Source: a virus (Duplodnaviria > Caudoviricetes). Taken from it: a DNA stretch of 57,179 nucleotides. The position numbers and the translations under genes are program-made. The notes beneath the pieces were generated by a model. That model did no database searches, was not told the DNA's origin, and saw only the letters and a list, made by a program, of their open reading frames with translations. This document shows, one piece after another, positions 21,757 through 32,041 of this stretch (the first letter of the stretch is position 1; every line of letters begins with the position of its first letter). Location: IMG/VR virus record IMGVR_UViG_3300046167_000110, positions 1-57,179 of that record. One strand, given 5' to 3'.

Positions 21757-23811
21757 TTATAATACATATCTTATAACCACTATTCCAGAACCGCCGTTAC
21801 TTGCATTAGCACCTATACCGCCGCCACCGCCACCGCCGCCTCCAGAGTTACCACTAGCTGAACTTGCGGCTGAACCACCATTTCCACCATTGGCTCCTCC
21901 ACCAGACCCACCAGATCCAGAACCACTGCCTGCCCAACTTCCGCCGCCGCCTCCGCCAGCATAGTATACATTAGAACCTGTCCTATAATTATTTGTTGCG
22001 CCGCTACCACCATACGCTGTGCCTGTGGTACGTCCAGTACCACCAGAAGCTGATTTACCACCGCCTCCGCCACCACCTTGCGCCGCACCATTACCACCAG
22101 AGTTACCCTGACCTGTTGTACCAGAACCACCATTGTAACCTGCTGGGTGTCCACCGCCACCGCCAGAACCACCACCAGCCCCAAAAGCCTGTTTAGAACC
22201 ACCGCCGCCTCCGCCAGAAGCAGTTACTACACCTGATATTCCGCTAATCCATCCGTTTGTGCCGACACCGAATCTAACGCCATTGGCCGCACCGCCGCCT
22301 CCTACAGTGACACTATGTGAACCAGAACCTAATGTCGTAGAGCCAACCAACATACCACCAGCACCACCTCCACCAGAACCGTCAAAACCACCGCCGCCTC
22401 CGCCAGCAACGACTAAATAATCAACACTACTACTACCAGATGTAACAAGAAATGTACCACTACTTGTAAATGTGTGAATTTTATATAAACTTCCTCCAGA
22501 TGTGTAGGTAGTTTCAGTACCCCCAGTTGCGAGAAAATTATTAGTTATAACTACCCACGCACTCCCTGTCCATACATATGCTTTATTATCAGACGAGTTA
22601 AAGTAAATATGACCTTTAGATGGGCTAGAAGGGTTAGATGTTGCATTGGGTAGCCTTAACTTAGCGTTAAACTGCACATCACCTGTAAAAGTACCACCAC
22701 CAAATGGGTTTCCGCTTGGTCCTGTTGCACCCTGTGGTCCTGTAGATCCAGTTGCACCTGTTGCGCCTGTTGCACCTTGTGGCCCTTGTGGTCCTGTAGC
22801 TCCCTGTGGTCCTGTTGCGCCTTGCGGTCCTGTTGCCCCTGTAGCTCCGTCGTCTCCATCAGCCCCTGCTGCTCCCGTAGAACCCTGAGGGCCAGTTGCG
22901 CCTTGCGGTCCTGTGTTACCAATAGGGCCTTGAGCACCTGTAGCGCCTTGCGGCCCTGTGTTACCAATAGGTCCTTGTGGACCTGTAGCACCTTGGGCTC
23001 CTGTAGCTCCATCTGCTCCATCAGCACCTATAGCACCATCTGCACCTGCTGGTCCAGTAGCTCCTGTAGGGCCTTGTAGGGCTGCATTAGTAATAGTTTG
23101 CTTTTCCCATGTACCTGCTGATGCGTCATACACAGGGATAAAGTCTCCACCTACAGCGTCTGTGCCTGTAGATAATGCAGTAAGAGCCGCTTTAACATTT
23201 GTTACGTCTGTTACATCTGCTGATGTTTCAATGCCATCTAGTTTAGTTTTAAGAGTGGTAGTAAAGTTCTTCTGTGTAAGACCTCCATCACCTACTGTAT
23301 AAGTAGTGTCTGTAAACACGGCACCAGAAGGGACGTTTGTTAGAACTTGTGAATCATCTACTTTACCTGCCAAAGAATTTGTCATAGTTGTAGAAAAGTT
23401 TGCGTCGTCACCTAAAGCTGCAGCTAATTCATTTAGTGTGTTTAAGGCGGCAGGAGAAGAATCTACAAGGTTAGAAACTGCTGTATCTGCATAAGTTGTA
23501 TAATAGGAACCGTGTTGACCATCTAAAGTGTCAGCGTCTACATTTAATGCGTCTATATCGGATTTGGTTTGGTCAGCAGTTGCGCCTGTCTCAATGCCGT
23601 CTAATTTAGAATGATCTGCATCTGTAAAGTTATTCTGAGAAAGCTCACCATCTTGTATCGAATACGTTGTATCAGTAAATACAGCATTAGCAGGAACATC
23701 TGTAAGAACTTGACTGTCCTCTACTTTATCCGATACTTTGTTGTCTACTTCAGTTTTACTATAACCGTCTACTTGGATAACACCACCATTACCACCAATA
23801 TAACCGCCCAT
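21757..23811 (-). CDS. Collagen-like fibre with C-terminal glycine-rich adhesin domain
   Basis: About 41 Gly-X-Y triplets; HTFTSSG...[10 protein letters not shown]; start placed at MGGYIG (TAATG coupling at 23811). Confidence 0.85.
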   Translation of the reverse strand: MGGYIGGNGGVIQVDGYSKTEVDNKVSDKVEDSQVLTDVPANAVFTDTTYSIQDGELSQNNFTDADHSKLDGIETGATADQTKSDIDALNVDADTLDGQHGSYYTTYADTAVSNLVDSSPAALNTLNELAAALGDDANFSTTMTNSLAGKVDDSQVLTNVPSGAVFTDTTYTVGDGGLTQKNFTTTLKTKLDGIETSADVTDVTNVKAALTALSTGTDAVGGDFIPVYDASAGTWEKQTITNAALQGPTGATGPAGADGAIGADGADGATGAQGATGPQGPIGNTGPQGATGAQGPIGNTGPQGATGPQGSTGAAGADGDDGATGATGPQGATGPQGATGPQGPQGATGATGATGSTGPQGATGPSGNPFGGGTFTGDVQFNAKLRLPNATSNPSSPSKGHIYFNSSDNKAYVWTGSAWVVITNNFLATGGTETTYTSGGSLYKIHTFTSSGTFLVTSGSSSVDYLVVAGGGGGGFDGSGGGGAGGMLVGSTTLGSGSHSVTVGGGGAANGVRFGVGTNGWISGISGVVTASGGGGGGSKQAFGAGGGSGGGGGHPAGYNGGSGTTGQGNSGGNGAAQGGGGGGGKSASGGTGRTTGTAYGGSGATNNYRTGSNVYYAGGGGGGSWAGSGSGSGGSGGGANGGNGGSAASSASGNSGGGGGGGGGIGANASNGGSGIVVIRYVL

Positions 23812-24119
23812 TATGTTTGCTCCAATACACTCACAATAACATCGCACGAAGAAGCTGTATCACTTGTTACAATTACAGTATCAGCTGCTTCTAATATAAT
23901 TTTACCATCTAGTACGGATAGAGCAGAACCTGATGGTATTGGTATTCCTTTAGCTAAGTAAACACCTGCAGTCTGCACATCTACATTAATGGCACCTGTT
24001 GTTTTATTTGCTAGGTTACAACCAATCATAACAGATGTAGTTGCACTTGGTACCGTGTATGTAGTAGTAGCGCTTGTACCAACATCTGCGCTTGTGTAGT
24101 TCTTAAATACGTTTGCCAT
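23811..24119 (-). CDS. Small beta-rich fibre adaptor protein
   Basis: MANVFKN...TYTVPS...KIILEAAD...DVIVSVLE; lies between fibre genes. Confidence 0.6.
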   Translation of the reverse strand: MANVFKNYTSADVGTSATTTYTVPSATTSVMIGCNLANKTTGAINVDVQTAGVYLAKGIPIPSGSALSVLDGKIILEAADTVIVTSDTASSCDVIVSVLEQT

Positions 24120-24127
24120 TGTTTATA

Positions 24128-25549
24128 TCACCCCAATGCTATGCTTAATGCTAATGCACTTGCTTCTGCAGTAGCTAATATGGTGGCTTTGTTATCGCCT
24201 TCTAGTGTATCAGCATCTAGAGAACCGCTAAGTAAGTTTGTTACATAGGATGTGGTTACCCTTGCGTCTATCGCTGAGTTTGCTCTTGCCGTAGTATAGT
24301 ATAAGTTTGTACCTTCTGACAAGTCTGAAGTTGACTTAGCTGTAAGTGCTGAGTTAAATCTCGCCTGTGTGTAATAAAGGTTTGTACCTTCTGTTAGGTC
24401 AGTTGTACTCTTAGCGTTAAAAGCTGTATTAAACCTACTATCGGTATAGTAAAGATTAGTGCCTTCAGAAAGATTAGTTGTACTTTCAGCAGTAAATGCT
24501 GAGTCAAACCTTGCTTGTGTATAATAAAGGTTAGTACCTTCTGCTAAGTTAGTTGTACTCTTTGTAGCTAACCTTGTATCAAAATCTGTGTTAGCACGAG
24601 TGCTTGTATAATAAAGGTTAGTTCCTTCAGATAAATCACTAGTACTTTTAGCAGTAAAAGCAGTATTAAACCTAGATTGTGTGTAGTAAAGGTTAGTACC
24701 TTCTGTTAGGTTGGTCGTGCTCTTTGCAGAAAAATCAGTATCAAACCTAGCAGATGTAAAATATAGATTAGTACCTTCAGAGAGATCACTTGTGCTTTTA
24801 GCTGTGAACGCAGAGTTAAATCTAGCCTGAGTGTAATACAGGTTAGAACCCTCAGCTAAGTCTCCAGTGTCATGATTGCTTATAGAAGAAACTGTACCAG
24901 TGACATTACCTATTAGGTCAGTTGCTAAGGACTTGTTCATAGCCCATCTGTCGTTAGATGAGTCATACGTAAATGTAGCGTTAGCACCATCTACTGTAAG
25001 CCCAGCGCCATTAGCTGCACCTGCGTTAGCTGCACCCTCAGCTACTGTAATGTTTAGATCTGATACGGTTAGGTTAGAAGAGTTTACTGTAGTGGTAGTA
25101 CCGTCAACCTGTAAGTTACCTGCAACAATAAGAGTACCTGTGTCGTCTCCATGTGCAGCAGGATCTATCGTAAAGGAGGCAGGACCTCTAATGTAACCTG
25201 TTGTAACTATATTACCTGTACTTAGTGCATCATTAGCGTCTAAGTAAACAGCCTTGTCTGCAGGGAGTGTAATGAACACATCCTTAGTACCTGCAGAAAA
25301 ACTAACAGCACTATCGCTGTTGCTACTCTCTAGTATAGTTGTTCTTGTAAGTACACCTGAATTGTATGTACCTAATCCTACTTCCCATTCGTCTGCATCA
25401 CGATTAGAAATAGCGTAGTATGTAGTATCACTGTTGGCAAGGGCAGAGCTAAAAGACTCAAAGCCTGTAACAGCGCCACCCAACGTAATAGCACCAGTGC
25501 CTGTAGTTGTAGCGGTTTCTTTTACTCTATCCTTGACAACGAGAGCCAT
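24128..25549 (-). CDS. Fibre/anchor protein with eight ~25-aa STxxLxEGTNLYYT repeats
   Basis: DRVKET...WEVGLG...FSAGTKDVF N-terminal domain, tandem repeats, C-terminal ALSIALG. Confidence 0.75.
   Translation of the reverse strand: MALVVKDRVKETATTTGTGAITLGGAVTGFESFSSALANSDTTYYAISNRDADEWEVGLGTYNSGVLTRTTILESSNSDSAVSFSAGTKDVFITLPADKAVYLDANDALSTGNIVTTGYIRGPASFTIDPAAHGDDTGTLIVAGNLQVDGTTTTVNSSNLTVSDLNITVAEGAANAGAANGAGLTVDGANATFTYDSSNDRWAMNKSLATDLIGNVTGTVSSISNHDTGDLAEGSNLYYTQARFNSAFTAKSTSDLSEGTNLYFTSARFDTDFSAKSTTNLTEGTNLYYTQSRFNTAFTAKSTSDLSEGTNLYYTSTRANTDFDTRLATKSTTNLAEGTNLYYTQARFDSAFTAESTTNLSEGTNLYYTDSRFNTAFNAKSTTDLTEGTNLYYTQARFNSALTAKSTSDLSEGTNLYYTTARANSAIDARVTTSYVTNLLSGSLDADTLEGDNKATILATAEASALALSIALG
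24270..24870. repeat. Eight imperfect ~75 bp tandem coding repeats
   Basis: Visible in both DNA and protein (EGTNLYYT unit). Confidence 0.85.
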
Positions 25550-25560
25550 AATACTGCTCC

Positions 25561-25998
25561 TTAAGCGATACGAATGATTGCGTTAGTTGCGTCTGCTGTT
25601 GGGAACTGTACCACAAAGTCACCATTTGTTGATGTCTTAGTTCCGCCAAAGTCAATAACTGCTATAGCCTTATTACCTTGTGATGTGTTGTAGATTATAC
25701 ACCCGTCTGCAGCCACAGTAGCGGATGACCAAGTAGTATCAGCAAAGTCAACAGTTGCAGTTGATCCTGATAGTGCAATAGTTGCACCAGTTAAAATATT
25801 GCCACCTGAAGTGTAATTAGTACCGGTAGCTTCATCTGAGTTACCTGTTATTGTGCTGTAATTAGTAGTAGATGCATTATAAGTACCTGTCGGTGTACTT
25901 TTAATAAGTGCTATCTTTAGTATGTCTGTATCTAGATCGTGAACACCACCAAGTAACTCTTGCTTGAAGCTGTTGCACATCGCCGTTGTAATAGCCAT
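25561..25998 (-). CDS. Structural protein (post-capsid, decoration or fibre-associated)
   Basis: 145 aa; SFKQELL..HD...K.AL...Y..GG...DFGG...S.NG.F motif. Confidence 0.6.
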   Translation of the reverse strand: MAITTAMCNSFKQELLGGVHDLDTDILKIALIKSTPTGTYNASTTNYSTITGNSDEATGTNYTSGGNILTGATIALSGSTATVDFADTTWSSATVAADGCIIYNTSQGNKAIAVIDFGGTKTSTNGDFVVQFPTADATNAIIRIA

Positions 25999-26023
25999 TG
26001 GTTATGTCCTTTATTTATAAACG

Positions 26024-26050
26024 GAAAGGGGCCAGTAAGAACCAGCCCCA
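26024..26050 (-). terminator. Intrinsic terminator after the major capsid gene
   Basis: Minus strand GGGGCUGG-UUCUUA-CUGGCCCC-UUUC; short U tract, so possibly leaky. Confidence 0.7.
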
Positions 26051-26061
26051 CTCTTTATTTA

Positions 26062-27117
26062 TTAAGCAGCGTTGTAACGTACAGTTAACAATGCTTCAGG
26101 TCGTAGAATCTTGCGGCCATATAAATGCATGCCGCGCACGATGTCCGCGAATGAATCTGGGTCGCGGTAGTTCTCTACCTTATTGATCTGCTCAGCAGAT
26201 GCTACTGCATCGTCTTGTCCAGAAACAATAACACCATAGTTAGCGTTTTGCGCTGTTGTACCTGAGGTTCCTGCACCTGTGCCTTTAGCTGGCAAGTTGT
26301 TAGAAATATAAACACGGAATCCGTGAATGTTATTTAACACCAAGCCATTTTGTAGACCAGCACCGCCGAAGTCACCATTTAACATGCGTGAGTCTTCGTC
26401 TTTTAGCATCTCTACAAACACCGGGTCAAGTACTACCCAACGACCACGTGCATCTACATTAGCAACGTCCATCTTACGAGCCATACGTGCAAGTACAGTC
26501 AAAGGTGAAACAGTTGTTGCAGACAACGCAGTTGCTCCTGGTAAACGCGGTGCCAATGGCACAGAGTCACCTGCAGTAGCAGTTCCTGAGATAGTCAAGT
26601 TACCGAAGTCAGTTGCGTCTAGCAAGTTAGCTGTAAGCATCTCACCTGTTAAGTTACCAGCAGTATCGTGCTGTGCATCACCAGAAGTAGAAGTGATGTA
26701 TTCACCTGCAGATGTGTGACCTGATAAGTAACCTAAACAATCGGCATCCATAGCGTCTGCCATTTTGTATGCTGCACGATCAGCAGCCAAGCTAACATAG
26801 TCTACATTTGCAAACTGGTCCTCGATGTCATCCATTTTGAATGCGAAGTAGTTAGCTTTGTCGATAGTTAACGAGAAGTCTTCATCATTAAGCTTCTCAA
26901 CTGAGATGCCTGTATGACGTTGCAAAGAGTTAACAGTTACGTCTGGCTCTTTTTGAATGCGAACTGTGTCGCCTTGGTTAGCAATCTCACCGAAGTAAGA
27001 GTTGTTTGTGATTGCGTTAGTAACAGCAGATTTGCGAAGAGCAATCTGTGCTTGCTTAGAATAGATAACTGGAGACCAGTTACCATCAAAACCGCCTGAT
27101 GCGGATGTAATAGCCAT
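26062..27117 (-). CDS. Major capsid protein
   Basis: PVIYS...YFGEI...GDTVRI...LTID...F.DIVRG.HLYG.K.LRPEA motifs of HK97-fold podovirus capsids; strong codon bias. Confidence 0.9.
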   Translation of the reverse strand: MAITSASGGFDGNWSPVIYSKQAQIALRKSAVTNAITNNSYFGEIANQGDTVRIQKEPDVTVNSLQRHTGISVEKLNDEDFSLTIDKANYFAFKMDDIEDQFANVDYVSLAADRAAYKMADAMDADCLGYLSGHTSAGEYITSTSGDAQHDTAGNLTGEMLTANLLDATDFGNLTISGTATAGDSVPLAPRLPGATALSATTVSPLTVLARMARKMDVANVDARGRWVVLDPVFVEMLKDEDSRMLNGDFGGAGLQNGLVLNNIHGFRVYISNNLPAKGTGAGTSGTTAQNANYGVIVSGQDDAVASAEQINKVENYRDPDSFADIVRGMHLYGRKILRPEALLTVRYNAA

Positions 27118-27325
27118 GATAAAATCCTTTCAAAGATATGTGGCGTGGGAATATACACTGCATATCCACTGAAAAGAGGCTCTTCATATTAGGGTAGTCA
27201 GCTATGCTTAAAGGATGGCCGTCCTATATAGCGCTGGGCCTATAATCTGAGGTAGTTCTTTATTGTGGTTTAGTGCTTAATGTTAAGCATGTACAGGTAG
27301 TTGATACCTAGCGCTGTACATGCCT
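27118..27325 (-). promoter_or_regulatory. Structured 5' leader of the capsid gene
   Basis: 10-bp stem GCAUGUACAG/CUGUACAUGC plus nested stems, with three CUACC motifs. Confidence 0.6.
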
Positions 27326-27327
27326 AT

Positions 27328-27356
27328 AGTTTTATCTACGAAGACCTTCATGTCAA
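27328..27356 (-). promoter_or_regulatory. Promoter TTGACA-N16-TAAAACT for the capsid operon
   Basis: Matches three other TTGACA-N16-TAHAACT copies in this window. Confidence 0.7.
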
Positions 27357-27357
27357 G

Positions 27358-28293
27358 TCATTTCTTGGACATATCGTAAATAAACTTACCAGAACGTTGG
27401 GCTTCTGTAATCTCGTCCATACGTTTCTCGTATTCTTTAATGCTCATTTTGTGTACCTGTGATTCACGTAGGTAACGTGTTGAGTCATCTGCGTCCAGAG
27501 CAGGACGTCCTTTAGCTTTAACAGATGAAGCCGCTGCTTTATCCGTATTTTTCTTAGGCTTATCTGTAATACCTTTATCACTCTTATAAAGATCAATAAC
27601 ACGTGCTACAGATTGAGCATCTTCACTATTCTCATATAAGGCATCTTGTACAACTTTAGGTTGCTTTTTTGCCCATTTATGAAAGTCTTCACCTGCACGT
27701 AGTTCTTCGAAGTCAGGGTGTAGTGATAATATTTCTGCTTCTGCTTTTTCACGTTTAGCTGTAGCTCTCAGAGCTTCAATCTCTTTTAAACGTCCATCAA
27801 GTTCGTCAGCACGTTCATTAGCTTTTTTATCAGCAATGGCCTCTACGATACCTGCAACGTCTGGGAATTTCTTAGCCCACGCCTCTACTTCATCAGGTGA
27901 TTTAGGAAGTACAAGCTCATTGTTTGCAGCAGACTTGAGTTGATTCTCTAACTTTTCTAGCTTAGATTTAAACTCTTTGTCTTTCTCTTGCATATGCTTA
28001 CGGATATCAGAGTAACGTTGTTTAAACGTTTTTTCTTCAGCACTCAGTTCAACCTCTTCTTGTGCTTCAGCTTTGGGTTCTTCTTTTTGTTCGGGACTAC
28101 TCTCTGCCTGAACTGGGGGCTCCACAGGCTCTGGGCTAATGGGTTCCTCAGCGACAGCTTCTTCTTCTTTTTCTGTTTCATCCTGAGTAATACCTGCATC
28201 TTTTAATAGTGCTTGTAATTCCTCTTCATCTCGTTTAATACGTAATGTATTACGTTGGTGGGACGCAGAGTCCGTACTAATAGTTTCCGACAT
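27358..28293 (-). CDS. Capsid scaffolding protein
   Basis: Acidic coiled coil upstream of the capsid gene; FKQRYSD.R, HPDF and C-terminal G...YD motifs. Confidence 0.75.
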   Translation of the reverse strand: MSETISTDSASHQRNTLRIKRDEEELQALLKDAGITQDETEKEEEAVAEEPISPEPVEPPVQAESSPEQKEEPKAEAQEEVELSAEEKTFKQRYSDIRKHMQEKDKEFKSKLEKLENQLKSAANNELVLPKSPDEVEAWAKKFPDVAGIVEAIADKKANERADELDGRLKEIEALRATAKREKAEAEILSLHPDFEELRAGEDFHKWAKKQPKVVQDALYENSEDAQSVARVIDLYKSDKGITDKPKKNTDKAAASSVKAKGRPALDADDSTRYLRESQVHKMSIKEYEKRMDEITEAQRSGKFIYDMSKK

Positions 28294-28361
28294 TTTATTT
28301 TCCTTATGTTGGGGCCAGCCTTAGCTGGGTAGCCTTATATTTATATGGTAGTCTTGTAGTA
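28294..28361 (-). promoter_or_regulatory. Hairpin leader element before the scaffold RBS
   Basis: GGCUAC-CCAGC-UAAG-GCUGG-CCCC just upstream of AAGGA. Confidence 0.55.
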
Positions 28362-29738
28362 TTATTTCTTTTTCTTAGAAGCGAGACCGCCTTTAGAGAA
28401 TCCCATTTGGCCTCCACGAGCAGAAGACTCAAGGCTTCTTTTAATTCTAGCGCCTTCTTTTTTAATATCTCTAACTTCTTTTGCCGTAGCTAAGTTTCTT
28501 CGTGCTTCATCTGCCACTGCCTTTGTACCTGCATCTGCTTTTGATGCTGCATTGCTAAATGCAGAACGCCTTTTCCTGTCCCTATCATTAGATGAAGAAG
28601 ATGTAGTTGCAGATGTTGAAGCTACTGGACTTGGAGCAGCCGCACTTTCATCAACATCATTAAATATGTTTTCTACTTTTTTAAGATTTGCTTCAAATTC
28701 AGGGTCATTGATATCTGCATTAGCTTGATAAGTGCCAAGTCCTACTTCTTTTATTTCTTGGTTATATAAAGAATCTGAAGCTAGATCAGGACTATAAGCT
28801 GATGTATCTTCTAGAGAACCTGCTACTTCTGGTTTAGCAACTTCTTCCTCAACAACCTCTTCTTCTTTTTCTTTTTTACCAAAGAGTCTTTCAAAGAAAC
28901 CAGGCTCATCCGCTTTCATAACACCTTGCAGATCTGTATAGTACGCTTTCTGCTTTTCATCTAGCATACCGTCATCTAAACGTCTTGCAAGTTCTTTTTC
29001 AATCTGCTTAGACTGATGCCACATAGCTGCCTTAAATGCCATACCCATAAGAGGGTTAAGCATAGCTAATCCTGTACCTACATTTTTCGCAGTGGCACCC
29101 TTTTGCTGTTCAACTAGATCACGCAGTTCTGCAGCAGTTAGTTCTTTATAGTTTACAGCTTCAGGTGTGTTTACTGGTGAAGGATCTCTGTCCCGTCTTT
29201 TAACGGGCTCTGGTTGAGTAGGTGCAACAGGTTGAGAAGCTTTATCTGTGTAACCTTCAGGTATAGCACTCATAGGCATACCATTAAAGAACATGATAGT
29301 AATCTCATCACCTGCAGCGTTTACGTATGTTTTATATTCCATACCGCTAACACTTTGTCCTAAAACAGAAGTTGCGCCTTCTACTAACCCACCTTCATCG
29401 TAACCTCGTATGTAACCGCCTTTGTTCATTTCAGGCTGTGCTTCATCAACCATCTGTAACTCAGAAATATCAAACGGTAGTTCATCACCCATAGGTTCAC
29501 CGCCAATGCGACCATTAGCTTCCATTTGATTAAAACCAACCTTAGCCTCTGTACGTAAATCTTCGAAGAACTTAACACCATAGTAACGTACCACATCAGC
29601 AGGTACAACGTACTCACCTTCGCTCAGTTGTGCAGGAATATCATCACGTACTTCTTCTGGTAAAGATCCTGTTGGTACCTCGTTACCTGATACTGGATCT
29701 ACATCTTCAGCTAAAGCTGCTTTCATTTGTTCATTCAT
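28362..29738 (-). CDS. Virion-associated protein with a DDIPAQLSEGEYV domain
   Basis: Domain resembles tape-measure C-terminal A.LS.GEYV modules; three [MYF]xxGG motifs. Confidence 0.55.
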   Translation of the reverse strand: MNEQMKAALAEDVDPVSGNEVPTGSLPEEVRDDIPAQLSEGEYVVPADVVRYYGVKFFEDLRTEAKVGFNQMEANGRIGGEPMGDELPFDISELQMVDEAQPEMNKGGYIRGYDEGGLVEGATSVLGQSVSGMEYKTYVNAAGDEITIMFFNGMPMSAIPEGYTDKASQPVAPTQPEPVKRRDRDPSPVNTPEAVNYKELTAAELRDLVEQQKGATAKNVGTGLAMLNPLMGMAFKAAMWHQSKQIEKELARRLDDGMLDEKQKAYYTDLQGVMKADEPGFFERLFGKKEKEEEVVEEEVAKPEVAGSLEDTSAYSPDLASDSLYNQEIKEVGLGTYQANADINDPEFEANLKKVENIFNDVDESAAAPSPVASTSATTSSSSNDRDRKRRSAFSNAASKADAGTKAVADEARRNLATAKEVRDIKKEGARIKRSLESSARGGQMGFSKGGLASKKKK

Positions 29739-29919
29739 TTACTTTATCCCTCAAGTACTTCAGTTGTCTCATTGCTTTTATAGCACCTTGATGTCTATAT
29801 AATTCTGCAGTATCGGAGATGTTCTCCATACTTCTATGCGTACCAGAAATACGCTCATCAAGTTCCTTAACAAACGCATCCCATATATGTATATTGTTAA
29901 CAAGTAGTTTAAGCGACAT
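29731..29919 (-). CDS. Small hypothetical protein following portal
   Basis: LYRHQG...L..L..LR motif; start placed at MSLKLL. Confidence 0.55.
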   Translation of the reverse strand: MSLKLLVNNIHIWDAFVKELDERISGTHRSMENISDTAELYRHQGAIKAMRQLKYLRDKVNE

Positions 29920-32038
29920 TACCACTAAATCCTTGTTCACCTGGTACAGGAGCAGTACCTGTGCCTATCTGCCCACCGCCACCGCCTGACGTATCCTGTA
30001 CACCGCCCTGAGGCGTTTGTGGTGCCTGTTCCTGACCTGCAGGTGCTGGTACACCCTCAGGAGCCATAGGAGGCGCTACAGGTGTTTGAAATCCTTTTAG
30101 GATCTCAGCTTGTATAGCAGCATCTTGCATAGAATTAGTAACCTTATCAGGATCAAGATCCATAGACTTAGCAATCTCACGAATGATATAATCCATTTTA
30201 GCAAAAGGAGCTAATACTGGGTTCTGTGCAACTTGTAAGAACTGCATTAAGCGCTGGGATCTTACCTCATTAGCCATTAAACTTTCTGTACCAGATGCAT
30301 GTACTTCTAAATCACCACGAATCTGATCATCAAAATCAAACTGCATGTTAAATGCAAAGAATGATTTACCCAAAGGACGAATCAAATAATCATCAACATT
30401 CTTAACTACCGTCCGAATAGAACCATTAGCAGCAGACATAAGCATAGAAATACCAGAGGCTGTGCGACCCACTCCAGAAACTCCGGTTTGTCCATGAGCA
30501 AAACTAGGGAATCCAGTACTTTCATCTGCTAAAACTCTAGCCTTATCAAATAGTTGTATATTTTCTTGTGCTACGTTAGGGAACTTTGTGCCGAAGATGG
30601 CTTGTCCTGGTGCACCCCCTTGACGTCTAAACACTTTGCCCGGGTATACTGATAGGTCTTGGCCTGGGACAAGGTTAGTTTCATCTACTTCAATGATAAG
30701 ATTACCAGATAATGCAGCATTGTCAATAGCCATACGCATAAAACCGTTCATTAACGTCTGCGTATCATCCATGTTTTCCGCAATACCAATACCAAAGAAG
30801 CTATATGGGTTGTGCTCGTAAGGTGTAGCATAGTAAGGAATACGTGTAGGTTTAAATGGGTTTAATACAAAACGAAGTACTTCGCCATTGCATATCCATA
30901 CATTACAGTTTACTTCATCTAAGTCCTTGAAAGAACTAGGAATATCTACACCGTGGTCTTCTAATACTTTTGTATCTACGTATCCCCAAAACTCTAATAC
31001 TTCCCAACGTTCAGATGTTGGCTGGGTATCATCGTCTTCCATAGACATCTCCCAGTACTTCTGTACATAGTTAGGGCCTTTGTCTATGGCCATATTTAAA
31101 GCATCTTTCATAAAGTATGGACGACTTTTAAGAGCCCGTATTTGTGTACGTGACATCTTATGTCTTTCAACAACATACTCTGCGTCATTCATAGATGTAG
31201 CTTCTGGATCAGGGTAGAAGTCCCATACAGAAACATGGCTACACTCTGGAACAGTTTTAACTATAGGATCATACTCACCTTGTTCATCCCAGTTAGGGTA
31301 CTCTTTATCTACAGCAAAGGGTCCTTTCATAACACCGGTACCAAGTAATGACATTTCAAATGCCATAGACCTTAAGTGTACAGAAGCACCAGACTCTTGA
31401 AGCTGATCATGGATTTTCTTTTCCATCTTCTTAGCTGCAACCATAGCAGGGTGAAATGTAACAGTTGTAGGTGTAGTTCCATCACCCTCAATAATCTTAT
31501 CAGATACAGGCTCTAACTTTTCAGATAGAGGCCCTAGACGAGTGGAAAGATCCATAAGGGTCTCGCCTGGTTTTAACTTTGTGTCACCATCAATTAAGTA
31601 AGGTTTTGAGTAGGACTCTTGAGTAACAGACTTAAGAGCTTCCCCAGCTGCTGAAGCTTTAGGGTCTACATTAATGTGTACTGACTCTGCTACTCCATCA
31701 GGTAATACAGATGGGTTTACAGAAAGCGGAAACTTATTATTACCAAATAGTACATCTACAATCTGGCCATACGCAGCAAGTGTCTTAGTCTTAGTAACTT
31801 TAACAAATACACGAGACTTCTCTGTGTCTGTAAACTGTACGTCTTTACCATACAAACCACGATAGTTGCGGTAAGCTTTTAGCCACCTCTCTTCGTCAGC
31901 ATTACGTGCATCTTCTGAACGTCTATACCGTTCCTCGACGAAAGCTACTACGCTAGATTTTTCTTCAAAGATGCTATCCGTACTGTCTTCTGCAGCTACG
32001 ACTTCATCTGTTTCAAACATTTCTTCTTGTTCTGCCAT
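29909..32038 (-). CDS. Portal protein
   Basis: 709 aa; GTGV.KG, DFYPDP, G.GIAE...D.Q...N, RTASG.SML; P22-like portal between terL and scaffold. Confidence 0.9.
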   Translation of the reverse strand: MAEQEEMFETDEVVAAEDSTDSIFEEKSSVVAFVEERYRRSEDARNADEERWLKAYRNYRGLYGKDVQFTDTEKSRVFVKVTKTKTLAAYGQIVDVLFGNNKFPLSVNPSVLPDGVAESVHINVDPKASAAGEALKSVTQESYSKPYLIDGDTKLKPGETLMDLSTRLGPLSEKLEPVSDKIIEGDGTTPTTVTFHPAMVAAKKMEKKIHDQLQESGASVHLRSMAFEMSLLGTGVMKGPFAVDKEYPNWDEQGEYDPIVKTVPECSHVSVWDFYPDPEATSMNDAEYVVERHKMSRTQIRALKSRPYFMKDALNMAIDKGPNYVQKYWEMSMEDDDTQPTSERWEVLEFWGYVDTKVLEDHGVDIPSSFKDLDEVNCNVWICNGEVLRFVLNPFKPTRIPYYATPYEHNPYSFFGIGIAENMDDTQTLMNGFMRMAIDNAALSGNLIIEVDETNLVPGQDLSVYPGKVFRRQGGAPGQAIFGTKFPNVAQENIQLFDKARVLADESTGFPSFAHGQTGVSGVGRTASGISMLMSAANGSIRTVVKNVDDYLIRPLGKSFFAFNMQFDFDDQIRGDLEVHASGTESLMANEVRSQRLMQFLQVAQNPVLAPFAKMDYIIREIAKSMDLDPDKVTNSMQDAAIQAEILKGFQTPVAPPMAPEGVPAPAGQEQAPQTPQGGVQDTSGGGGGQIGTGTAPVPGEQGFSGNVA

Positions 32039-32041
32039 TAT

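Noticed and set aside
19811-23494. Many alternative-frame and antisense ORFs over the collagen and glycine-rich genes
   Set aside because: Expected stop-free shadows of GGN-rich repetitive coding sequence
16558-23811. Diversity-generating retroelement or invertible shufflon for the fibres
   Set aside because: No reverse transcriptase, no adenine-specific TR/VR pair, and all repeats are direct on one strand
24270-24870. Regularly spaced repeats resembling a CRISPR array
   Set aside because: Units are degenerate, in-frame coding repeats without unique spacers; no cas genes seen
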